This document shows, in pieces, positions 15,031-24,281 of a stretch of DNA of 64,000 bases. The notes below the pieces were generated by a model that did not search any database, was not told the DNA's origin, and was given only the letters and a program-made list of their open reading frames with translations. Numbering within the stretch: the first letter of the stretch is position 1; the number at the start of each line of letters is the position of its first letter. The DNA is from Planctomycetota bacterium. Its GTDB lineage: Bacteria; Planctomycetota; UBA11346. The stretch is taken from contig JBBQCI010000001.1 of NCBI GenBank assembly GCA_038318565.1, positions 42,724-106,723 on the forward strand. The letters are read 5' to 3'. A program made the translations under genes and the position numbers.

Positions 15031-18021
15031 ATGCCCGGTCAAGAGATCAACCCAACTGCGCGTCCCGGCGAATTGATCGCTGGGCGTTGGCGTCTGCTGC
15101 GCGAGATCGGGCGTGGCACATCTGGCCGAGTGTGGCAGGCCAAAGACGAGCATCTTGAGCGTGATGTTGCGGTGAAAGTTCTCGAAGCTTCGATAGAGGA
15201 CGAAGAACAGGTCCGCCGCTTCGAACGCGAGATCCGCGTTACTGCCCGTCTGCAGCATCCTGGCATTTGCGCCGTTTTCGAGGCTGCCGCGGACGACACG
15301 TCGCGACCGTGCTATGTCATGACCTTGGCCCGGGGTAGAACCCTCGATCAATTCATCGAAGAGCTCCGCCAAGTACCCGACCATTGGCGCACCTGGCCCC
15401 TGGTGGACCGATTGACCCTGTTCCTGAAGCTGCTCGACATCATGCATTACGCCCACAGCCAGGGCGTGGTGCATCGTGACCTGAAACCGGCCAACATCGT
15501 CATCGGCCAGTACGGCGAGTTGTGGGTGCTCGACTGGGGTCTTGCCCGCGACCTCCACGAAGAGCAGGCGGCCGAGAAGGCGTGGGATGCTGCCTTCTCC
15601 ACGGCAGACGAGAAGGTGAAGACTCCGCAACCGACTCCCGATCCGGTGACCGTCCGATCGCAGCGACTCGACACTGCGACTGTGATCATGAATGATCCCG
15701 ATGCAGCGGAAACCCAGGCGCTGGAATCACGACGACAGCCGCCTTCTTCACGCATCACCACTCCGGTTCCTGGCCAGAGCAGCACCAGCGAACGCCTGCG
15801 CAGCACCGACAGTCACCGGCGATCTTCGATGCGGGTATCGCGTTCGACGCATTTCGGACAGATCATGGGCAGCCCGGCCTACATGAGTCCGGAACAGGCG
15901 CTCGGCCGCGCTTCCGTTGTGGATCAGCGTACGGATGTCTATTCCCTCGGTTCGATCCTGGTCGAGATGATGGCTCTGCGCACGGCTCAGGAAATGGGCG
16001 AGGGTGAGGCGCTGATCGATTTCCTCGCCCGGATCAAAAAGGGCGACCGAAGGACGCTACGCGACCTCTGGCCCGAGGCGCCCCAGACGCTGCAGACGAT
16101 CGCCGAATGGGCCCTGGCCCGCGACCATCAGGACCGCTACCCGGACTGTGAGGTCTTCGCCCAGGATCTACGCACCCTGCTCATCCAGGTCTCCGAGAGC
16201 TATGCGCAACAGGAAGCCGTGCGCATGGCGCGGGAACGTGAAGGAGCCTGGCGAGGCCTGGGTCGCTGGGACTTCACCGCCAATCCGGATTCGGGACCAT
16301 TCAACCTGCCGTCGACCAGTTGGTGCGGCGAACAAGTCGGACACGTCCACCATCCCGAACTGGGCGGCATGCTGCTGGGCGGTTATGGCCTGCAGATCTA
16401 CCCATTGCAGGTCGAGGTCGGTGACGACGTACGCGTCACCGTCGAGATTGAGCTCATCCAAGGCGAGGAATTTTGGCTGCTTGCCCGCGGGATAGATCCC
16501 AGCCAGAGCTATCAGTTCCGTCTCGGTGCCTATGAAGGTCGATGGAGCACGATCACGCGTTCGCGCGGGGCGGCCAGCCCACAGGATGCTGAACTGCTGA
16601 GCATGCGCCCGATGCGCGAAACCGAGACAACCACCAAGATCGAGCGGTCGCAGCGGTCGCATCGCGTCGTGGTGGAATGCGAAGGCCAGATCCTGCGTTT
16701 CCATGTCGATGGCCAGGAGCCGCTGGCATTCCGCGACCTCAATCCGTTGACTGTCGCCCCGGGGACGACTATCGCGCTGGCAACCTGGAAGACCCAGGCC
16801 CTGGTCCGGACCCTGACCGTCGAACGCCGGCACGCTCCGCTGATGGTACCCAGCTACACGGTCGGCAACGAATTGCTGCGCCTCGGCCTCAATCAGGAGG
16901 CCGAGAACTGGTACGTGCGCTTCCTTGCCGAGCACGCTGATTCCGCGGAAGCGGTGCAGGCCTCGTTCCTGCGATGCATGGCCGTGCTCAAGCGTGGCGA
17001 CCTCGCGGCGACCTCCGAAGCGCTGCGCGAGTTCCTCGGCGACCATCTTGAGGATGTCTTGGCCCGTGACGCCATCTTCACCCTCGCCAAGGTACAGTAC
17101 GAGCGTCATGGCGGCAGCCTGCGAGCAGCAATCCGCGAACTGCTCGGCTATCAGGAATCGGGAGACGTGGTGCGTACCCGTTTCTGCCTGTGGATCATGC
17201 CGCTGATCGGCGCCCAGGTCGAACACGGGGGCCTGACAACCGAGGTCGAACACGACCTTGAACATCTCGCCCGCCTCATGCGCGGCTCCCCTGATGAATC
17301 GGCCCTGATGGGTACGATGTCCCGTTGGCTGTCGAGCCACCTGCGCGGCTGGCTGAACCACCTGGTCGACCGTACAGATGCGGTCGCCATTTCGGCCTGC
17401 CGTGACGCCATGCGCAGGTCCCGGGCGCTGGGTTACACCATTACCATTCGTGAACCGCGCATGCTCAGCGATTATGCCAGGATTTCGCACGAGATCAGCA
17501 ACACCGACGATCCTGCCCGAACCGTCCTGGTGATCGGTCGCGGCGAGGATCGGCCGACTACCTTGTTCGACTTCGTGCGCGACTCGCTGGTTCTGGTCGG
17601 GATGGGTGCTGAACGCCCGGTGCTGGCAGCGCTGTCGGGTGGCGAGGAGCTGACCCCGGTCGAACGCGTGCTGCGCGCCGGCCTGCGTCGCCGTCTCGGC
17701 GAGACTGCCGGAGCACAGGAAGACCTCGAGTGGTGTTTCCGGCTGACCGACGAACTGGAAACCTCACGCACCTCGCTGACCAAGCTGTTCGCAGCCCGCC
17801 TGGGCTGCCTGGCCCTCGGCTACCTTCCGGCCTCCTTGGTGCTCGACGGATTGTCGACCATCCGCGAGGATATCCTGCATTCCCCGCTGCTCGCCCTCAC
17901 CGCGTTCACCTGCGAAAGCCATGGTGACCGGCTCACCGCCATGCAACTATGGCGCGAACTGGCGGCCGAGGGCACCGGATTCAGCCTAGTCGGCAAGCAG
18001 GGCATCGAGCGGCTGAGCTGA
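15031..18021 (+). CDS. serine/threonine protein kinase with a roughly 700-aa C-terminal extension (beta-rich middle domain plus TPR-like helical region)
   Basis: It carries the Hanks kinase motifs: Gly loop GRGTSGRV, VAVK, HRDLKPANIV, DWGLAR, and SPAYMSPE in the activation loop. The ATG at 15031 sits 27 aa before the Gly loop. The ORF is open from TTG at 14971. Confidence 0.8.
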   Translation: MPGQEINPTARPGELIAGRWRLLREIGRGTSGRVWQAKDEHLERDVAVKVLEASIEDEEQVRRFEREIRVTARLQHPGICAVFEAAADDTSRPCYVMTLARGRTLDQFIEELRQVPDHWRTWPLVDRLTLFLKLLDIMHYAHSQGVVHRDLKPANIVIGQYGELWVLDWGLARDLHEEQAAEKAWDAAFSTADEKVKTPQPTPDPVTVRSQRLDTATVIMNDPDAAETQALESRRQPPSSRITTPVPGQSSTSERLRSTDSHRRSSMRVSRSTHFGQIMGSPAYMSPEQALGRASVVDQRTDVYSLGSILVEMMALRTAQEMGEGEALIDFLARIKKGDRRTLRDLWPEAPQTLQTIAEWALARDHQDRYPDCEVFAQDLRTLLIQVSESYAQQEAVRMAREREGAWRGLGRWDFTANPDSGPFNLPSTSWCGEQVGHVHHPELGGMLLGGYGLQIYPLQVEVGDDVRVTVEIELIQGEEFWLLARGIDPSQSYQFRLGAYEGRWSTITRSRGAASPQDAELLSMRPMRETETTTKIERSQRSHRVVVECEGQILRFHVDGQEPLAFRDLNPLTVAPGTTIALATWKTQALVRTLTVERRHAPLMVPSYTVGNELLRLGLNQEAENWYVRFLAEHADSAEAVQASFLRCMAVLKRGDLAATSEALREFLGDHLEDVLARDAIFTLAKVQYERHGGSLRAAIRELLGYQESGDVVRTRFCLWIMPLIGAQVEHGGLTTEVEHDLEHLARLMRGSPDESALMGTMSRWLSSHLRGWLNHLVDRTDAVAISACRDAMRRSRALGYTITIREPRMLSDYARISHEISNTDDPARTVLVIGRGEDRPTTLFDFVRDSLVLVGMGAERPVLAALSGGEELTPVERVLRAGLRRRLGETAGAQEDLEWCFRLTDELETSRTSLTKLFAARLGCLALGYLPASLVLDGLSTIREDILHSPLLALTAFTCESHGDRLTAMQLWRELAAEGTGFSLVGKQGIERLS

Positions 18022-18037
18022 CCCGGTCCGCTCAGCC
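18011..18037. terminator. possible bidirectional hairpin between convergent genes
   Basis: The structure is GGCTGAGC, an 11-nt loop, then GCTCAGCC. It spans the stop codons of the kinase (+) and the beta-helix gene (-). There is no clear U-tract. Confidence 0.25.
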
Positions 18038-20950
18038 CTCCAGGATGATGCGGGCGAGCCCCAGGGTGTTCGAGCCGTTGCCGAGTGATCCCCACCGCGC
18101 GAGCTTGAGGAAGTTCTGACCGGCAACTGGAGAGGCCGCGTTGCAGATCAGGTCGAAACGGAAGCGCTTGGCGTCGTTTGCTATGTCGACGCTGGCAAGG
18201 TCGATCCGCAGACGTGCATGCCACCCGCCTTCCACAGCTTCGATTGACCAGTCCGACGACGGCGGGGAATCGCCGCCGGCACGGCGGACCTCTGCCGGGC
18301 CATGTGCATCGGCCGGGATCAAAATCAGCTGGGTAGGCCGCGTCGATACGCCTATGGCTGGTTCCGGGGCGAGGAACAACTCGACCGAGGCACCCAACCA
18401 GGGGTTGACGCGGTCAAGACGCATCGCCGCGTCGCGCACGGTCAGATCGACGACGAGAGCTGATCCCACGACAGCGGCGCTGCCGGACAGGATGCTGGCG
18501 CCGGCATGTACGATGCCGATGTCCAAACCAACTGCCGGCTTCAGTCCGGCGACGGTTCGCGCCATGCGCACTTCGACAGGGATCACCAGCGGGATCGCCG
18601 CCGAGAAGCAAGTCCGTTCGTCGCCGACAACCTGCAACCATTGACGGCCTTGGCCGGCAGGGATACGGACCCGTAGTTCGCGGACCACTTCGCCGCCGGC
18701 AGCCAGGTCGGCGACGATCTGCGGCGAGGGCTCAACTATCGGCCGAATTGAACGATCACCCATGCGGATCCGCCAGACCCCCTTCACCCGACGATTTGAC
18801 GGATTGCTCAGGATGACCTTCATCGGCAATTCGACCTGACCGTCGGATACGACCAACTCGCCATGTTCGATACGAGCTACTGCGACGCCCTTCACCGGGG
18901 ACGCAGGCAACCGGTAACCGCGCCACGTGGATGACAACCGCCGGCGGGTACGCACGCCCGCCTTGCGCCAATCAAAAGGGCGGAATCCCAGCTGCAGAGC
19001 CGGCGAATCTGCGCGCAGAGCGAAATCGCCGCTGCGCGGATCGACAAACAGTGGATCGGCCTCGATGGAGTCCACCCATCGGCCGACCGCCTGCTCGTTG
19101 GCCAGACTCCCCTGGTGCCAATGCACGCCGCCTGATCCGGCATTCCACACCAGATTCCGCTTGGTGGCGCACAATTCGGGATGCCAATCCGCGTCGCTCT
19201 TGAGGTTGTCGCGATCGAACCACGTCAGGTTACGCTCGAAGATGATCCCGCAGCTGAGATCGGCCCGCCCGGGATTCAACATCGCCTTGTCCATGGTGGC
19301 GAAGATGTTGTTCTTTACCGTTAAAAAACGACCATAATGCACGCTGAATCCGCAATACTGCACATCATGGACGCAGTTGTCCCGGTAGGTGATGCCGCTG
19401 CTGCCCTCATCCGGGTAGAGACCCCAGCCGCCGTAGTGATAGCAGGCGATGTCATGCAGGTGGTTGCCGATCACCGTTGAACCCGGCTGAACGCCCAGCG
19501 AATAGATCCCTCCGTTATCCGACAACAGCCGTTCGTGATTGATGTGATGGATATAGTTCCAGTCGATGCGGTTGTCCCACGTCCGGGTCTGCTGATATCC
19601 CCAGGTCCATCCGAACGAAATGCCCGTGTAGGAGAAATGATGGATGTGGTTGTGCTGGATGCGATTGCCTCCGGCATTGCCAATCCACACGCCAATCGCG
19701 CTGGGATAGACATGGCCACCGTCGTGGAGATGGCAATCGGCCACCGTCGCGGCCATTGGCCGCAACCGTTCGGCTCTGAATGCCCTACCGACCGCGCCAT
19801 CATGCACCTGCAACTCCTCGTGCCCGATCTTCACTGCTCCGGCCCCAAGATCGCGGATGGTGCAGGCGGCAATCACGTTGCCGCTGCTGCCTGCCAGCAT
19901 CTCAACACCGTAGCCTGCACAGTGGGCCAATTCGCAACCATACAGCACGCAGCGTTCCGCCTGGTCGAACAGCACGGCTCCGGGCACATCGAAGGCGGCC
20001 TGGATGGTACCGCAGTTGGTGGGCAGACGGGACCACTCGTTGTGTTCGAGACCGATATTCTCTAGCACGACCTCGGAAACCAGGCCGGTTCGCGTGCCTT
20101 GGAAGCGGATCAGTTGTTCCAGCCGAGGTGCGACCACGGACACCGTTTCAGGCCGTTCGCCAGCATGCGGCAGGTAGGTCAGTCGGCCACTCGGCCGATC
20201 CAGATACCATTCACCGGGCTGGGATAGGGCTTCAGCGACGTTAATCAGGACGAAGCGGGCAAATTGGCCGCCCTCATCGCGCAGGCTGCCCAACGACGGT
20301 CCATGGAAACGGACGAGCCGACGGGTCTCGTCCAGCTCCCGTACGCGCAGATGGGTATCGAACCACAACTGATACGCCACGATCGTGACGTCATCTAGGT
20401 TGCGGAACCGGCTGATCGTTCCCTCGGGGTACTCGGCCCGATCGGGGCCCTTCAGCCAGGAAAAACCAGTATCAGGCAAGCCGTCAACACCACTGAAACG
20501 ATAGAAACCGGTTCGTGGCAGACGAGGACGGCTCCGCCGCTGTCCATCAACCCACAACTGGGTGAAGTTCCACGATTTGTCGCGCACCTCGGGCAGGTCG
20601 ATCGTCCAGGCCGTCTGCCCAGCCTGGGTACTGACCGACCAGCCGCCGAGCCGTCGTCCTCCGCTGAACACGGGCTTGCACCCGGTGGCAGCCGACCAGC
20701 GCTGGCCGTTATCAGCCGGCGTGAAGACCAGGGTCTCCTCGAGTTCATAGACCCCGGCGTGTACCACCACGTGGACGGGTCCTGTCGCCCTGCGCGCCAG
20801 CAGCTGGGCGCGTCTGGGCGTGGCCACGGGATGGGCTGCGCTGCCGTCGCCACGATCGTTCCCATCGACGTCGAGGTGGATCTGTTGAGTACGGCTGGTG
20901 GCCATGGTGTGCTCCGGTTGGGCAGCATTGTAGCCCTCGGCCGACATCAA
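18032..20950 (-). CDS. right-handed parallel beta-helix repeat protein (pectate-lyase-fold, 972 aa) with a C-terminal beta-rich domain; no obvious signal peptide
   Basis: It has repeated beta-helix coils with NxxH/NN motifs (NAGGNRIQHNHIHHFSYTGISFGWTWGY, GNHLHDIACYHYGGWGLYPDEGSSGITYRDNCVHD). The N-terminal GDGSAAHP...TGPVHVVVHAGVYELEETLVF resembles a glycan-lyase/hydrolase cap. Confidence 0.6.
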   Translation of the reverse strand: MMSAEGYNAAQPEHTMATSRTQQIHLDVDGNDRGDGSAAHPVATPRRAQLLARRATGPVHVVVHAGVYELEETLVFTPADNGQRWSAATGCKPVFSGGRRLGGWSVSTQAGQTAWTIDLPEVRDKSWNFTQLWVDGQRRSRPRLPRTGFYRFSGVDGLPDTGFSWLKGPDRAEYPEGTISRFRNLDDVTIVAYQLWFDTHLRVRELDETRRLVRFHGPSLGSLRDEGGQFARFVLINVAEALSQPGEWYLDRPSGRLTYLPHAGERPETVSVVAPRLEQLIRFQGTRTGLVSEVVLENIGLEHNEWSRLPTNCGTIQAAFDVPGAVLFDQAERCVLYGCELAHCAGYGVEMLAGSSGNVIAACTIRDLGAGAVKIGHEELQVHDGAVGRAFRAERLRPMAATVADCHLHDGGHVYPSAIGVWIGNAGGNRIQHNHIHHFSYTGISFGWTWGYQQTRTWDNRIDWNYIHHINHERLLSDNGGIYSLGVQPGSTVIGNHLHDIACYHYGGWGLYPDEGSSGITYRDNCVHDVQYCGFSVHYGRFLTVKNNIFATMDKAMLNPGRADLSCGIIFERNLTWFDRDNLKSDADWHPELCATKRNLVWNAGSGGVHWHQGSLANEQAVGRWVDSIEADPLFVDPRSGDFALRADSPALQLGFRPFDWRKAGVRTRRRLSSTWRGYRLPASPVKGVAVARIEHGELVVSDGQVELPMKVILSNPSNRRVKGVWRIRMGDRSIRPIVEPSPQIVADLAAGGEVVRELRVRIPAGQGRQWLQVVGDERTCFSAAIPLVIPVEVRMARTVAGLKPAVGLDIGIVHAGASILSGSAAVVGSALVVDLTVRDAAMRLDRVNPWLGASVELFLAPEPAIGVSTRPTQLILIPADAHGPAEVRRAGGDSPPSSDWSIEAVEGGWHARLRIDLASVDIANDAKRFRFDLICNAASPVAGQNFLKLARWGSLGNGSNTLGLARIILEG

Positions 20951-20957
20951 CTAGTGG

Positions 20958-22475
20958 CTAGGCCGGTCGGTCGAGAACTCGGTAGCCGATCGCCTCGCTG
21001 ACATCGTCGAGCCCGACCCCATCGCGTCCTTCAAGATCGGCGATGGTGCGCGCGACCTTGAGGATGCGGTCATGGGCCCGGGCCGACAGGCCGAGCTCGT
21101 CGACCGCCTGGCCGAGCAGGTGTAGGGCCTCAGGCGCGGCGTGGATGTGGCTGCGCAACCCGCGCGGTTCGAGCAGTGCGTTCGGCCGGCCCTGGCGCGC
21201 CACCATGAGGCCGCGGGCCGCCACCACGCGCTGGCGCAGGGCGGCGCTGGTCTCGCCCCCGTCGGCCCCCTGCAGCGTCTCGGGCCGCTGCGCCGGAACT
21301 TCCAGATGCAGGTCGATGCGATCGAGCAGGGGACCGCTGATTTTGGCACGATATCGGTGGATCTCATCGGAACCGCAGGTGCAGCGCCGGGTGGGATGGC
21401 CGAGGAAGCCGCACGGGCAGGGATTCATCGCCGCAACCAGGCAGCAACGGGCGGGAAATCGTAGCCGACCAGACGCCCGGACGATGGTGAGGAAGCCGTC
21501 CTCCAGCGGTTGGCGCAGCGATTCAAGCGCAGTCCGCGGGTACTCGGGCAATTCATCGAGGAATAGGACGCCATGATGGGCTAGGCTGATCTCCCCCGGC
21601 CGCGGCGGGCTGCCTCCTCCGACCAGACCCGGCCCGCTGACCCCGTGATGGGGTGAGCGGAACGGGCGCTGGGCGACCAAGCCACTGCCCAACGGCAGGA
21701 GTCCGGCGATCGAATGCACCCGCGTCACTTCCAGGGCCTCATCGGATGACAGCGCCGGCAGGATGCCGGACAACCGGCGCGCCAGCATGGTCTTGCCCGA
21801 ACCCGGCGGCCCGAGCATCAACAGGTTGTGCGCCCCCGCAGCAGCAATGACTATGGCTCGCTTGGCCTGCGCCTGGCCACGAACGTCCGAGAGACACGGT
21901 TCGTCAGTTTCGGCCTGCCGGGGAGCCGGTGGCATGGTCGGCATCTCGCCGCTGCGCAGCCAGGCGCAGCAGGCTCGCAGGTCCGATGGGGCGACGACGC
22001 GCAGACCGCCGACTGCAGCCGCCTCGTGGGCGTTGGCCGGGGCGACCACCGCCGTATCAAAGCCGGCCGCGCGAGCCGCCGCGGCGGCCGCAACGACTCC
22101 ACGCACTGGCCGCAATTCGCCACCCAGAGCAAGCTCAGCGAGGAACAGTGCGCGCTGCGGCGGCTCTGGCAGGGCGTTATCGCCCATGGTGGCCAGAAAA
22201 CCGATTGCACACGCCAGGTCAAAGGCGGGTCCTTCCTTGCGACGATCGGCTGGTGCCAAGTTGACGGTGATGTGATCGAGCGGGCTGTGACGCAAACCCG
22301 AGGCGAAAATGGCCGTGGTGACCCGCTGCACGCTCTCGCGCACAGCCGCATCAGGCAGCCCGACGACCGTGGTCCGACCCTCACCGTTTGCTGGAGTCGA
22401 CCGTGCGACCTCGACAGTGACTAGATAGCCATCCACCCCTTCGGTGCCGGCCGCGTGAACTCGTACAAGTCGCAT
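20958..22475 (-). CDS. yifB: YifB/ComM family Mg-chelatase-like AAA+ ATPase
   Basis: The sequence starts MRLVRVHAAGTEGVDGYLVTVEVARS. It contains a Lon-like domain, Walker A GPPGSGKTMLARR, Walker B VLFLDELPE, and a C-terminal ChlI domain. I set the start at the internal ATG at 22475 because the extended ORF would abut the divergent gene. Confidence 0.85.
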   Translation of the reverse strand: MRLVRVHAAGTEGVDGYLVTVEVARSTPANGEGRTTVVGLPDAAVRESVQRVTTAIFASGLRHSPLDHITVNLAPADRRKEGPAFDLACAIGFLATMGDNALPEPPQRALFLAELALGGELRPVRGVVAAAAAARAAGFDTAVVAPANAHEAAAVGGLRVVAPSDLRACCAWLRSGEMPTMPPAPRQAETDEPCLSDVRGQAQAKRAIVIAAAGAHNLLMLGPPGSGKTMLARRLSGILPALSSDEALEVTRVHSIAGLLPLGSGLVAQRPFRSPHHGVSGPGLVGGGSPPRPGEISLAHHGVLFLDELPEYPRTALESLRQPLEDGFLTIVRASGRLRFPARCCLVAAMNPCPCGFLGHPTRRCTCGSDEIHRYRAKISGPLLDRIDLHLEVPAQRPETLQGADGGETSAALRQRVVAARGLMVARQGRPNALLEPRGLRSHIHAAPEALHLLGQAVDELGLSARAHDRILKVARTIADLEGRDGVGLDDVSEAIGYRVLDRPA

Positions 22476-22665
22476 ACCGATAGCCTTCCATGGTCGCATC
22501 ACGCCGCAAGTGGACCGGCGTTGCACCGTCGAAGGGAAGCGGGATGATGCAGGGGTGCCGCAGGACCCTCGCCAGACTCCACCATCAGACGTACATGCCC
22601 TGGTCCGTGAGGTCCTCGGCGGAGCCCAGCCTACCAGCGGGGTTCCTGGTGGTGGCTTAGGGTGG

Positions 22666-23469
22666 ATGGATGAGGCCGAGCCGGAGAAGCCAGGAAACAG
22701 CAGTGGCTGGGCCAGGCCGGGTGCGAAACCAAAGAGCGAGGACAGCGAAGTCGAGCAGGCCCGCCACATTCAGCTGCGCATGCTGACCACCCCGCCGCGA
22801 CTGCCCGGCCTGAGCTGTGCGGCCCGGTTCGAGCCCCACCACGAAGTCAGCGGCGACTTCTACGACTTCTTCCAATTCCCGGATGGCCGCTTAGGGGTCG
22901 TGCAGGGCGACGTCAGCGGTCACGGTGTCGCTGCCGGCATGGTCATGGCCATGGCCAAACAGACCATCCGCCTGCTTGCTTCCACCGGCTCCAATCCGGG
23001 CAAAGTGCTGATCGAGGCCAACCGCTGGCTGTGCGGTGCGATGGCTGGCAAGTTTGTCACCTGCATCTACCTGACCATCGATCCAGCCAAAGGTGAGTTG
23101 CGGCTCGCCCGTGCCGGTCACCCACCCCTGATCCTGGTCAATGCCGCCACCGGCAAGCGGGACATTTTGTCGCCCAAGGGCATCGCCCTGGGCATCCGCA
23201 GTGGCGCCGCATTCGCCGCCGGATCCGAAGAGATCCGGGTCGGTTTGCGTCCAGCCGACCTGCTGGTACTCGCCACGGATGGCCTTTTGGAAGCCAAGGA
23301 TCGCCTGGGCGAAGAGTTCGGCTGCGAACGCATGACCGATGTCATCGCTCAGCATGCTCCGGCCGGTCCCGAAGCCGTGGTCAACCGCATCCTTGATGCT
23401 GCCCGGCATTTCCAGGGCAGCGTCAACCTAGATGATGACGCCATGGCGGTCGCCATAGCCGTCGGCTGA
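22666..23469 (+). CDS. PP2C-family (SpoIIE/RsbU-like) serine phosphatase
   Basis: Motifs GDFYDFFQF...GDVSGHGVAAGMVMA and ATDGLLEA are present. The ORF is open from 22510, but that start lies only 35 bp from the divergent yifB start. I chose the ATG at 22666, which has a GGGTGG ribosome-binding site. The start is uncertain. Confidence 0.65.
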   Translation: MDEAEPEKPGNSSGWARPGAKPKSEDSEVEQARHIQLRMLTTPPRLPGLSCAARFEPHHEVSGDFYDFFQFPDGRLGVVQGDVSGHGVAAGMVMAMAKQTIRLLASTGSNPGKVLIEANRWLCGAMAGKFVTCIYLTIDPAKGELRLARAGHPPLILVNAATGKRDILSPKGIALGIRSGAAFAAGSEEIRVGLRPADLLVLATDGLLEAKDRLGEEFGCERMTDVIAQHAPAGPEAVVNRILDAARHFQGSVNLDDDAMAVAIAVG

Positions 23470-24201
23470 TCAAGGTCGTGGCCCGCTGCGCCGGACCACC
23501 CAGTCGTCATTGCCATAGCGCTCCTGGCGAAGGTGCCTGGCCCGGGCCAACTCCTCCGTGGTCCAGATGCCAGGCAGCAACGGGGCGGCAAGGGCGTCAC
23601 TGACAGCTTCGCGCAGGACTGCCGCTGCAGCATCCCAATCCAGTCCGCAGCCACTGATTGTCGTGCCATCCCATCCGTTGCTCGCTAACTTCAGGCTACC
23701 GTGCAATAGGCACCGCGAACCGCGGGCCCGCGCGGCGCTGCCGAGCACCTTCCCACCATCGGCATGCACCAGGTCATCTGCCGCTGGACTGGCGAAACAA
23801 CGTGGTTCGTCCTGATACCGGCGATCGCCGATCGAGGTCGACTGCCGGGCCAGAGCCCGGTCGCGCCGTGCCAAGGCAGCCAGCACTGCCCCATGGATGA
23901 GCGGATAGAGATCACGGGCTCGCTCGGGCAGACCGTGCTGGCCGAGGATGCCAGCCAGCGCATAGGTGACCTCGTGCTCATGCCAGATCGCTCCACCCCC
24001 GGTGATGCGCCGCACCACCGCCATGCCAGCCGGCAGACCAGTCGTGGCGGTTGCATGATCCTGGAAGCAGCCCAGCGATACGGTTGGCGGATCCCAGCGA
24101 TAGAGACGCAGCGTGGTCTGATCAAAAACGTCCAGGAGAGCCTCATCTCGCGCCATCTGTTCAGGGCCATCGGCGATCAGAGTGGGGAGAAGACGGATCA
24201 T
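23470..24201 (-). CDS. biotin/lipoate A/B protein ligase (BPL/LPL) family protein, LplA/LipB-like
   Basis: The sequence MIRLLPTLIADGPEQMARDEALL...RITGGGAIWHEHEVTYALA has the BPL_LplA_LipB catalytic-domain pattern. Confidence 0.55.
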   Translation of the reverse strand: MIRLLPTLIADGPEQMARDEALLDVFDQTTLRLYRWDPPTVSLGCFQDHATATTGLPAGMAVVRRITGGGAIWHEHEVTYALAGILGQHGLPERARDLYPLIHGAVLAALARRDRALARQSTSIGDRRYQDEPRCFASPAADDLVHADGGKVLGSAARARGSRCLLHGSLKLASNGWDGTTISGCGLDWDAAAAVLREAVSDALAAPLLPGIWTTEELARARHLRQERYGNDDWVVRRSGPRP

Positions 24202-24281
24202 GCGGTGTCACACCTTGGCGGCGCGCAAGGACGTGCAATCCGGGCGGGTTGCCAGTCAACGATCGGTGCTATGGTGCCGAA

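Noticed and set aside
16168-17490. A 440-aa minus-strand ORF inside the Ser/Thr kinase gene
   Set aside because: It is antisense to a motif-supported CDS. Its composition is Gly/Arg/Ala-rich noise.
22510-22665. An N-terminal extension of the PP2C phosphatase ORF
   Set aside because: It would start 35 bp from the divergent yifB start with no ribosome-binding site. The ATG at 22666 has a GGGTGG ribosome-binding site and leaves a normal-sized PP2C domain. I kept it as an alternative start only.
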